IMG/VR virus record: IMGVR_UViG_3300033153_016035
Span: 55,918 to 119,917 of that record
Reading direction: 5' to 3' (one strand)
From: a virus
DNA: 64,000 nt
The position numbers and the translations under genes were made by a program. The notes under the pieces were generated by a model. That model was given only the letters and a program-made list of their open reading frames with translations. It was not told the DNA's origin and searched no databases. Positions 48,648-57,332 of this stretch are shown piece after piece. Each line of letters opens with the position of its first letter. Position 1 is the first letter of the stretch.

Positions 48648-49085
48648 TCACCTCTTCCCCTTCTTAATCCGGGGGTGAAGGTACTTCCTCCGCGCAAGGG
48701 CCCACCTTGCTTTCATCTGGGCTGGCTTTCCATTAACCTCAATATATATGTATTTACCCGACAAATGGACCATGAGCCCGTCTTTATCCGGGAAAAAGAT
48801 CCCATCCGAACCCTTCTCGCTCATGATAGTGGTTTTTCTTAACTCCCAGTAATTGAGCACGGCGCCGTTGTTGGCACGCTCTATAACCAACCAGTTAGCC
48901 CCGTACGTACTAGCTCTCCAGGTACTGTACCAGGTGTGTATGCGGGAAATACCTATAAGATAAACCACTATAAAAATAACAGCCAGGACTACAAGCCCTG
49001 ATATCGCCATCACCCTCCCCGATGGACGGGGTATTTCAAATTTAGGCGAGTCGCCTTCTGGTTTTTGTTTATACACGTTCAACAC
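48648..49085 (-). CDS. Hypothetical single-pass membrane protein
   Basis: Transmembrane segment ISGLVVLAVIFIVVYLIGI. Confidence 0.65.
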   Translation of the reverse strand: MLNVYKQKPEGDSPKFEIPRPSGRVMAISGLVVLAVIFIVVYLIGISRIHTWYSTWRASTYGANWLVIERANNGAVLNYWELRKTTIMSEKGSDGIFFPDKDGLMVHLSGKYIYIEVNGKPAQMKARWALARRKYLHPRIKKGKR

Positions 49086-49101
49086 CTTTCTTTAAGTACA
49101 A

Positions 49102-49509
49102 TTATGTTCCGTACGATTCATCGACGCTGCCATGAACCTCAACGCCAAAATTCTTAGCCTGCCTACCCTCAAAAAACCCCTCAGCTATCGCCAACCTCCT
49201 ACCCAATCTCTCTGCCACCGGCACCCAGAGTGCCTGCGCCTGAGGGTTCTTATTTGTGTTAAGAGTATCCACCACTTCGGCAAGATAATCCCTTAAAACG
49301 TCGATATGGGCTTGCGCGGCCTTAAGGAAAACTGATGGTGTTCCCATACGCAGCAATATCTCTAAAAGAGCATGGGTTTTTTCAAAAACATCCCCCTTAT
49401 TATTTGTCCCGAGCTTTTCATACTTTTGAATAAGCATGAGGTCATCCACGCGGGTAAACTCTGTCAAAAGCCCGGGAAACGTTTCTAACCCCTTCATATA
49501 GTTCTCCAT
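49102..49509 (-). CDS. Hypothetical protein
   Basis: Coupled ORF; LLTE motif. Confidence 0.65.
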   Translation of the reverse strand: MENYMKGLETFPGLLTEFTRVDDLMLIQKYEKLGTNNKGDVFEKTHALLEILLRMGTPSVFLKAAQAHIDVLRDYLAEVVDTLNTNKNPQAQALWVPVAERLGRRLAIAEGFFEGRQAKNFGVEVHGSVDESYGT

Positions 49510-50447
49510 TGCTTGTAAATTTTGACCAGTGACACCCCTTCAGGGATGCGTGAACCGAGTTCTGTAAAGTTCTGAAGATGCACCGCGCCTTCGCCTTGCC
49601 CAACGCCGAGGGCATAATCTGCCATCTTCCCGTTGTTATGAGCCATATTAAGCAGGATGGAGATTGTAGCAATACGCTCTCCCCCATCCAGGGCTTTAAA
49701 GTTCTTGGAGTGGAGGTACTCTTTATAATATTTCCTGATGTCTTTCACGGATTTCTTGGTAATGTTCAACGCATGACTCGCAGCTTTAAGAAGATTCTTG
49801 AATAATTTGTTATCGGTAACAATGTCTTCTATAGTGAGGGAGGAGACTCCGGTAAATTTCCACAGATATTCACTGAGCCTATCCCCTTCCACCTCAACAC
49901 GCTCCCGGCTACGGGGGCGGAAGACCATCGTTATAACGCCCCGATTCGCCCCCTCTTGGGCAATAAACCTCCGTATCCCATAAACCCCATACTTTTCAAA
50001 GCGCTTACGAAGGCGAGGGAACTCTTTGAAGAAAGCATCCCAGGATAAAACCTCCAGTCTGTCGGAAGTGGCGTTAATATAATGAACTCCATCCTCGCGG
50101 TAATATGCATACATAGAATAGAAGATCTTGATCCCCGTGATGAGGAACCCGTCCAGCCACATTCGGAACCTGCGTTCTAAATGCTCCAGGATGTAGACGG
50201 TGATAGTGTTCAGTTCCTGTCCCACAGTATGGGACAGGGGAACATAGTGGTCAGGTATCTCACTGATACTCCGGTACTGCCGTTTAAACTCAGAATTCAA
50301 GTACTCCAAAACGTAAAAGAACTTTAGTAAATCGTGGTCGGAGAAAGAGCCCCACCCTTCCGTTAACGTTGAAAGAACAGGGACAAAAACCTCCTCCTCG
50401 TCAAGAAGCGGATGCAGCCCAGCACGTAAAAGAAAATAACTGTCCAT
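49494..50447 (-). CDS. Hypothetical protein with the MDSYFLLRAGLHP leader (candidate packaged protein)
   Basis: Start reassigned to ATG 50447 by homology with the 60008 and 61420 leaders; LDE and LTEG motifs follow. Confidence 0.8.
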   Translation of the reverse strand: MDSYFLLRAGLHPLLDEEEVFVPVLSTLTEGWGSFSDHDLLKFFYVLEYLNSEFKRQYRSISEIPDHYVPLSHTVGQELNTITVYILEHLERRFRMWLDGFLITGIKIFYSMYAYYREDGVHYINATSDRLEVLSWDAFFKEFPRLRKRFEKYGVYGIRRFIAQEGANRGVITMVFRPRSRERVEVEGDRLSEYLWKFTGVSSLTIEDIVTDNKLFKNLLKAASHALNITKKSVKDIRKYYKEYLHSKNFKALDGGERIATISILLNMAHNNGKMADYALGVGQGEGAVHLQNFTELGSRIPEGVSLVKIYKQWRTI

Positions 50448-50482
50448 ATTGTAACCCTTTAAAATTAAGAAGGCCCCAGCCC

Positions 50483-50788
50483 CTACCTCTGCTCCGCCAA
50501 CCCCATAATACATGCGTAGGGGAACATAAATCGCTTAGGGGGCTTTGGCGCTTCCTTTTGATTTCCTGGCAAGGCCAGCTCACTATGGGGAGGGTGCAGT
50601 TCTACATAACCGTCATACAGCTTAAAAAGTCCCACCCCCACCTGGAGAACAAAGCCTTCCTGGGCCAAAAAGACAATAACCGGTTTGGCGGCGGCGTACT
50701 GGGGACTATGTGCGCCTTCGACGGTATCCCCAACCACGTTCTTTAACCCAAGACCTTCAAGAACATCCGTCATGGTATCCTTATTCAT
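50483..50788 (-). CDS. Hypothetical protein
   Basis: GGAGG RBS; ATGA coupling. Confidence 0.65.
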   Translation of the reverse strand: MNKDTMTDVLEGLGLKNVVGDTVEGAHSPQYAAAKPVIVFLAQEGFVLQVGVGLFKLYDGYVELHPPHSELALPGNQKEAPKPPKRFMFPYACIMGLAEQR

Positions 50789-51216
50789 TTCCCGTCCTCC
50801 GCTGGCGGGTCAACCTTACCAAAATCCGCAGGATTTTCATACTCGACCCCCGGAGTTTCTTTTTTATAATCAGGATGCCCCTCATCATCATCAGCATCAT
50901 CGCCGTCACCACCATCACCGTTCGATGTATCGTCTACCCCCTCAGTATTCCCCTGATAAACCTCCGGCAAATACTCATCTATAAACACCTGCTGTTCCGG
51001 AGTAAGCTTCTCCCCAGCAAACTTCGTAGCCCGTAGTAGCGCAATAGCCAGGGCTTCCCCTTCCAGGATGTGATAATCCTCGGCCATCATCCCCTCATCA
51101 GTCAATATATTATTGGCTGTGGCTATAATCTCCCGCGAGGAATCACGAACCTCTGCTCGTATCTGGACGTACCCATCCACAACCTCTGACCTAACATCTA
51201 TAAATAGTTTACTCAC
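50785..51216 (-). CDS. Hypothetical acidic protein
   Basis: Coupled ORF with a D/G-rich tail. Confidence 0.65.
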   Translation of the reverse strand: MSKLFIDVRSEVVDGYVQIRAEVRDSSREIIATANNILTDEGMMAEDYHILEGEALAIALLRATKFAGEKLTPEQQVFIDEYLPEVYQGNTEGVDDTSNGDGGDGDDADDDEGHPDYKKETPGVEYENPADFGKVDPPAEDGK

Positions 51217-51685
51217 CTGTTTGACTCCTTGCCCGATCCCGGGCTCTAACTTTTAGAATATGATAAAGTCCATTTTCTTGATTATCTGCGTAGTCGGCAA
51301 GCTCTAAATCGATGTACTCAAACTCTAAGAAGGTAATCACCCGTTTATCTCCGGGAGCCTTCTCCTCCTTACCGCTACAAAAAGGGACACCTACCAGTTT
51401 TACTTGGGGAAAATCAGTCATAAAGTAAGAAAGCTCTTGACCCACCGGCGTATCCAGCAATTCCACCTGGGCCACAACATTCTTACCCTTACGAAAAAGC
51501 CAAGTGACTACGTGGCTTACCTCGGCATGTGGAGAATTAAGATGTCCTATTAGCTCCCGCCGACCCATGCGAATCATAGCCTGCGAGATACAACGATCTA
51601 TTACCTTTTTTGGGTAAAGCCGCCCCGTTGGCGTCCACACTCCCGCCCTAAAGATAAGCTTTACCTTAAACTGCTGGAGCTTCAT
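51209..51685 (-). CDS. T4 gp21-like prohead protease homolog, apparently degenerate
   Basis: GRLYPKKVI, LIGHLNSP, VSHVV and LLDTPVG; the GVSSRG motif reads GVPFCSG. Confidence 0.65.
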   Translation of the reverse strand: MKLQQFKVKLIFRAGVWTPTGRLYPKKVIDRCISQAMIRMGRRELIGHLNSPHAEVSHVVTWLFRKGKNVVAQVELLDTPVGQELSYFMTDFPQVKLVGVPFCSGKEEKAPGDKRVITFLEFEYIDLELADYADNQENGLYHILKVRARDRARSQTGE

Positions 51686-51917
51686 CTATCACCACCCGCG
51701 TCCTTTGATAAAAATCTATTGGAAGCCCCTCCACCGGAAGGTCGTCCCAAACTTTACTTGTTACACTTACCTTCCGCCGCCGATCTTTGGCTTTAAGGCG
51801 CTTTCTATCACGAGCCTCAACCTCCTCAGCGGTTCTGTGGCGATTCCTACGTTTTTTCTTCTTATCTCTACCGTTCAAATTTCTCTCCTAAATTATAAGT
51901 CCAACCGTCCTTGAGCC

Positions 51918-52433
51918 TCATAGAACCTCCCCCAACCGGGAAACCATGTCACCCCAACCTATCCGCTTTAAAATATAAACCATTTCCGACTTTTTGGAAA
52001 AAACATATAGGGCCGCCAGGGCCAAATGATATATATTTCCCTTCGTAGCCACCCTCCCCCCAAAATAAGCTACGTATAAAGCCCTAATCAGAAAGTTACG
52101 ACAGGGGTAGCGGACCATACCCTTATGGACTTCCATTGAATCCCGGTCCCCAAAGTCATCAGGAACCGGAGCTGCCAGCGCCACCCGCTCCGTAAGAGTT
52201 TTTAAGTGATTAAGAGCTGTACTCACAAGTTCGGGGCCTTTCTCCAGATCAAAGTAAAGCCTAGTTATCTCCTGCTTGTACTTTTTAAGCCCGTCCACAA
52301 CCTTAAAGAACCAGACCCCCGTCCTGCCACCACCTTTACGTGCTATGGGGTTGTAGGGCCAAAGCTCATACTCCAATTGCCGGTTAAAGGTATCAAACAT
52401 GCCTTCGTACACTTCTGTATACTCAGGAGCCAT
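51918..52433 (-). CDS. Hypothetical protein
   Basis: GAGGAGG RBS before MAPEYTE. Confidence 0.65.
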   Translation of the reverse strand: MAPEYTEVYEGMFDTFNRQLEYELWPYNPIARKGGGRTGVWFFKVVDGLKKYKQEITRLYFDLEKGPELVSTALNHLKTLTERVALAAPVPDDFGDRDSMEVHKGMVRYPCRNFLIRALYVAYFGGRVATKGNIYHLALAALYVFSKKSEMVYILKRIGWGDMVSRLGEVL

Positions 52434-53214
52434 GTAATCCCTCCTCAATAAGCTCCTTTCTCGCATTCTGTGGGATTTTAAGCTCTTTTAGAACCCCGTC
52501 ACAAGACCTCAAACCCTTCTTGTGTATGTCATCAAGTAAAAGCCGACCAAGGTCTGTGACGATCGGTGTTATTTTCATCTTAGAGTCGTCGAGCAGTGGA
52601 TCCCGGGCCGCCATATAATGTGCGTCAATAAGCCCCAAAGAAAGTCCCGTTTGCCGAGCTTGTAGTTCCTGCAAAACCTTACGGGAAAGCAGCCACTCGT
52701 AGTAGGCGGGCTGTTCAGCCTGATACTGCTCGTTAGTTGGCGGCTTCCCCCCATTCTCTTTTATAAGAGCCTGACGCATGGTCTCGAAGCCTGCAATAAC
52801 CCTAATCTTGCCTGTAATATCAATCTCCAGGCTACGCATCAAGGATTCTTGTGTTAGGATCTCCAGGTCGAGGTGCTCTATTTCATATAGCCGTGCGCGG
52901 GTAGCCGGGGAACTTACCTCATAATCATCACCGGCCTCCCGGTACCGGTACTCTTTTTTTAAAAACTCCACCTCCCTTTGTGCCTTCTCGTAGTCCACCA
53001 GTATCCTCCGAGTCTCTTGCACCGCGAAACGGTACTGCCGCATGAGGAAATGGAACTGAGAAGCTACAAAATCCCCCTCTTTGCCGACCGTGAATTTCTC
53101 GATGTCGAACTGGGTCTTGATCTGGCCCATTTCTACGAGCTGTTCATGGATATCGTCCATGACACCCGACATACGCCCCTTCTCTACTTGCAAATCAAAT
53201 TCCACGTTTAACAC
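52423..53214 (-). CDS. Coiled-coil hypothetical protein downstream of the propeller-repeat gene
   Basis: 263-aa ORF. Confidence 0.7.
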   Translation of the reverse strand: MLNVEFDLQVEKGRMSGVMDDIHEQLVEMGQIKTQFDIEKFTVGKEGDFVASQFHFLMRQYRFAVQETRRILVDYEKAQREVEFLKKEYRYREAGDDYEVSSPATRARLYEIEHLDLEILTQESLMRSLEIDITGKIRVIAGFETMRQALIKENGGKPPTNEQYQAEQPAYYEWLLSRKVLQELQARQTGLSLGLIDAHYMAARDPLLDDSKMKITPIVTDLGRLLLDDIHKKGLRSCDGVLKELKIPQNARKELIEEGLHGS

Positions 53215-53223
53215 CTTTCTTGT

Positions 53224-54723
53224 TTAGCTGATTCCGCCACCTCCGGCCGCGCCCTGTCCATAGGTGGCGACCGAAATATTATCCTCCACATTAGTATTAC
53301 CTGTGGTGGCGGTAAGGTCCATAGATTCCATAAAATTCTTGGCCGAAAAACCGTCAAACCCGCCGGAGAGCAGTCCTTGAACCCGACCAGAAGCTCCTGA
53401 AGCCCAGGCTGTAGCTGTACTTCGGTCCCCTCTGTCGCTGGCATTCCCGATTTGTGTGACAAAACTGATATATTCTATATTGTCATAAAGACTGGCCGTC
53501 TGATCTGTCCCTCCGACAAAGTAACCATAATCGGCCCCTTGAAGCCCGGCTAAGGCGCTACGGGTTTGAACCAGATCCCCACGGTCAGACGCATCAGCCG
53601 CACCTGTTACCATCTGGATATAGTCGATGGTGTTATAATTGGTGGGACCGGCTATCCACCCACCGCCAAAGTACCCATAAGAACCCTGATCAAAACAACT
53701 GGCTAAGTCCTTTCGGGTGACGGTGAGATCTCCCTTATTTGAAGCACCACCACTGCTCGTAGTGTTGTCCAGATAATCTATAACATTAACCTCACTACCG
53801 GCGGCGTTCTCACCACCCCCGATAAAACCGTACGCTGCGGTAGAAACACCGGCAGCCGATTTTCGCTTTACCGATAGGTTAGCGCGGTCTGACACGCTGA
53901 CAGTGATGGTGACGAACATATCAAAATGTTCAATCTCCGCCGTGTCGCTATTGGAAGCCCCGCAGATATTAGCAAGTACCTCTCCGTACACTCCACAGGT
54001 CCGATCCTTGGCCTCGGTAAGACTGCCCCGACTAGCATAGGTATCCGGTGCTTCTGTATCACCACCGTAGATAGCATTGGTCTCCGATCCGGTGTTACCC
54101 CCGCAAAAGTAAGCTCTTGTGTCATATACTGTCTTGTCCCATACGGAGGAAGGGGCCCGCACCATCCACACGCCAGTGGCTATTTTAATAACCTCCACGG
54201 TTTCCGTCTCCGATTGCGACGCTGCTAACACCGCAAAGGTTCTGCTCCTATCGTCATCGGTGCCTCTATTATGAAGAATGTTCTCCAATTTCTGGGCCCG
54301 AATCTCAAAGTCCTGATCGGGTGTCACCGATACAAACCCAAAGTAGGTGTTCGTGGCGGCGCCATGTGGTAATGTGAGTAGCACCTTCCCCACCGCTCCG
54401 TAGTCTGTACACACCTTCCCGCTCTCACCCTCCGTGAGGGTATCGTCTGCCGTAAAATTCTCGACTGTAAGGGTCGCACCCCCACCACCCCCGCCATACG
54501 CATCCCAACTGGTCCCATTGTGGTACCGCAGCACTTTAGTAGTGGTGTTCCAATAATGATCCTTCTCCGCACCAGAGCGCCCTAACACAGTCTCATAGGC
54601 GCCGTCACTAGCGGCCTCAGGAAATAGTGTACCCCGTGTTTCCGGGGAAAGGTCGGCGGGCACTAAAATCTTTGAGTCAATCCCGCCGTTGTTTACATAT
54701 CCAATTTTCTCAGTCATCCGCAC
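53224..54723 (-). CDS. Beta-propeller (Kelch-like) repeat protein, probable tail/receptor-binding appendage
   Basis: About six repeats of about 48 aa, Y(G/A)(Y/F)xGG...NxIxY...A(S)DRGDL...R; poly-G linker after WDAY. Confidence 0.75.
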   Translation of the reverse strand: MRMTEKIGYVNNGGIDSKILVPADLSPETRGTLFPEAASDGAYETVLGRSGAEKDHYWNTTTKVLRYHNGTSWDAYGGGGGGATLTVENFTADDTLTEGESGKVCTDYGAVGKVLLTLPHGAATNTYFGFVSVTPDQDFEIRAQKLENILHNRGTDDDRSRTFAVLAASQSETETVEVIKIATGVWMVRAPSSVWDKTVYDTRAYFCGGNTGSETNAIYGGDTEAPDTYASRGSLTEAKDRTCGVYGEVLANICGASNSDTAEIEHFDMFVTITVSVSDRANLSVKRKSAAGVSTAAYGFIGGGENAAGSEVNVIDYLDNTTSSGGASNKGDLTVTRKDLASCFDQGSYGYFGGGWIAGPTNYNTIDYIQMVTGAADASDRGDLVQTRSALAGLQGADYGYFVGGTDQTASLYDNIEYISFVTQIGNASDRGDRSTATAWASGASGRVQGLLSGGFDGFSAKNFMESMDLTATTGNTNVEDNISVATYGQGAAGGGGIS

Positions 54724-54770
54724 GTCCTTTCATTAGGATCAGTTATAATTTGAGTTATATTTTGAGTCCT

Positions 54771-57323
54771 TTACCCAACTACCTCTTCTCTATGTTCCTG
54801 ATACCAAGCCAAGGCGTCCTCCAAACTAATAAACTTCTCTACGCGCTCATCCGCACGCGGGGGTTCCACCGCCCTTTTTTGCGCCGCCACCCGGCGGTTC
54901 CACTTGTTAAGTATTTGCTGACGAACCTTTTTATACTCGGCTTCGTACATTTGGCCAACCATCGCTTTGTCAGCGGCCGAGGCTAACCCCACCGCTACTT
55001 CAACTGCCTGGGCGCGGATTTTCTCCTCTACGTCTTTGATTGTGGCCTTAACGTCGTCTTCATCTTCATCATCGTCGCCTAAGGAAGAAGTGGGGGGTAT
55101 TATGGGTGCTATGGCTGGGATCAGAGGTGAGGGCAGATCCCCGCGATCGGTTTCCTGCAACTCCTCCCGCCGCTTCTTGTACCACTCATTTTCTTTCTGG
55201 ATTAGATCACGGATGGCATCCACTTTCCTTTTAAGCCGCTCCTTCTTGTCCGAGTCCTTCTCCTCCTTGTAGTATTCTTGTGCCCGTCTAAGCTGCTGGC
55301 CCAAACGATCCTTTCGCGCCTGGTGCATGGTTTTAAGTTTACCCAGATCACTCTCAAAAAGGTAGACATTGGTACCATCAAAACCTTCTCTCATCCACTT
55401 CCCCTTCTCTTTTCTAAGGTATTCCAGGAGCCCTTCCACGTGGCGACGCACTTTGGCCACATTTTTACCCATCTTCTCGGAAAAGAGTGATCCGGTAAGA
55501 GCGTACCGCCCACTCTCCCCTTCCTTGGCGCCTAGACTTTTAGCAAAAGCACTCATCTTTTTGTCTACCGCCTCTTTGACCCTTTCATACTCGCCTTGTG
55601 GGGCTGAGGTTCTAAGGAAATTATAAATGGAGCGCATTTCCTCCTGTATTCCTCGTACTTTATGTTTATCCCACACGGCTTTAAGCCCTGACCAGAGTCC
55701 CTCATCCAAATCCTCACCCAAATCCTCACCCAAAACCTCACCGACTACAGTGACCTTCCCGTCCACCACCGCCTCCGGCAGTATCGGCCTATCTCTGGAC
55801 GTCCAATAAGCCTCCGCGACTGACTGCGCCCGCGCCATATCTTTATTGGTAAAAGAAACAAAAGCGGAGCTGTAAAGGTCACCATCATGGATACTAACTC
55901 TCCCCTCTACCATAACTTGATACAGCGCCTCCCCTCTTTTTTGGGAAAACACCTCACTCCATTCTCGCGCCGCCTCAATGGATGGCGCCACAATTATTTT
56001 ACGTGTGGGACTGTGTGAGGGACGAATTCGTTCTAAAAAACTCTCGAAGTAACGATTTCCCTTTAATTCGTTAATTGGGGTACCGGGTTTCAGCCCGCTG
56101 GGACCAAGCTTGTACGCGTAGAAAGTGCCCCGGTATGGTATCCCAGGAACTTTAGCTGTCAAGTCCGAAGTCGCGCCCTCATCTAAAGCTTCTTTGATCC
56201 TATACTTTTTACGAAGCCTGTAGATGTCCTGGTCATATCTATCCTTTAATTTGTTCAACTCCACCTCCATGTGGGTAAGGCTTTTACGCAGGGAGTCGCC
56301 CCCATCATACCATTTATTATTTATAACCTCCCTGGCCACACCATACTCATCCCGGGTCATTTTATCCTTGGAATTTCTAAGCTTATCCAAGGCGTTTAGC
56401 CACTTATTCCTTTCTGAGGAGTAGTACTTCCTCTTCTCGCCGAGGCGAATCTCTATACGGTCTTTGGCCACTACGTACTTTGCACGAAGAGCTTTTTTCT
56501 TTTCTTGGAACTCTGTGGCTTTAATGGGTCCGGCTTCCTCCAGAGACTCATCCTTTTTAGCATCAAAGACCTCAATATAGTCCCGCAGATCCCTAACAAT
56601 CTTGGACATCTTCCGCATGTCGTAGAGGTCCACAGCCGCGTTCCACTCCTTTTTCAGGGCAAAGAATTCGTGGCGTTCGCTTTGCACATCGGTGGCCGCC
56701 TTGGCCTTTACGGACAAAGTCTGCCACTCCCCCATCACCCGCTTCCACTCTGCGTCCCGAGTGTCAACCTCGGCGTACATAGCGGGGTGTACCATTCTAA
56801 TTAGTGCCTGAATCCGGCTCTCCAGCCACTCACCCAAACCCTTACTTTCCTTCTCCACATCACGCTTAACTCGGGGGTCTTGTATGGAGATACCCTTTTT
56901 ATGCGCCTCTTGCTTAATCTTCTCTACCTTTTGCGCATGGGCCTCCTTTTTAACTTCAAAGGATTTCTCTAGCTGGGCTATCTTAGCACGGGCCTTCTCT
57001 GCTTCCTTCTTTCGCTCGCTGTCCTCTTTGCCACTAAGAGCTTGTCGCACGCGGCCAACTATCTTCTGAAATTTACCCTTAACCGCGTCCGTGATTCCCG
57101 CCCAGGAAAATCCTTCCATAATAAGGGCTCCCGGCCCCTCATCAAGAGGTTCCACGCCTTCTTTTATCCCCACCATCTTCTTAAAAACGGCGGTGACTAC
57201 GGCAAAGTTATCCCCCTTACCGTCCTTGGCAGCAACGGCTTTGGCCGCCAACCACTTCTTCTCAGCAGCCTGAACCGTGATGCCCTTCTGCTTTGCTACT
57301 TTCCTGACGTATGCTGTAGGCAT
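54771..57323 (-). CDS. Modular 850-aa protein with repeated LxE(G) linkers; candidate processed internal head polyprotein
   Basis: IKEGVEPLDEG, SLEEAG, IKEALDEG, LGEDLGEDLDEG and LFES; AGGAG RBS. Confidence 0.8.
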   Translation of the reverse strand: MPTAYVRKVAKQKGITVQAAEKKWLAAKAVAAKDGKGDNFAVVTAVFKKMVGIKEGVEPLDEGPGALIMEGFSWAGITDAVKGKFQKIVGRVRQALSGKEDSERKKEAEKARAKIAQLEKSFEVKKEAHAQKVEKIKQEAHKKGISIQDPRVKRDVEKESKGLGEWLESRIQALIRMVHPAMYAEVDTRDAEWKRVMGEWQTLSVKAKAATDVQSERHEFFALKKEWNAAVDLYDMRKMSKIVRDLRDYIEVFDAKKDESLEEAGPIKATEFQEKKKALRAKYVVAKDRIEIRLGEKRKYYSSERNKWLNALDKLRNSKDKMTRDEYGVAREVINNKWYDGGDSLRKSLTHMEVELNKLKDRYDQDIYRLRKKYRIKEALDEGATSDLTAKVPGIPYRGTFYAYKLGPSGLKPGTPINELKGNRYFESFLERIRPSHSPTRKIIVAPSIEAAREWSEVFSQKRGEALYQVMVEGRVSIHDGDLYSSAFVSFTNKDMARAQSVAEAYWTSRDRPILPEAVVDGKVTVVGEVLGEDLGEDLDEGLWSGLKAVWDKHKVRGIQEEMRSIYNFLRTSAPQGEYERVKEAVDKKMSAFAKSLGAKEGESGRYALTGSLFSEKMGKNVAKVRRHVEGLLEYLRKEKGKWMREGFDGTNVYLFESDLGKLKTMHQARKDRLGQQLRRAQEYYKEEKDSDKKERLKRKVDAIRDLIQKENEWYKKRREELQETDRGDLPSPLIPAIAPIIPPTSSLGDDDEDEDDVKATIKDVEEKIRAQAVEVAVGLASAADKAMVGQMYEAEYKKVRQQILNKWNRRVAAQKRAVEPPRADERVEKFISLEDALAWYQEHREEVVG
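55706..55742. repeat. 12-bp tandem repeat encoding GEVLGEDLGEDLDE
   Basis: CCAAATCCTCAC repeated about three times. Confidence 0.7.
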
Positions 57324-57332
57324 AGACCTCTC

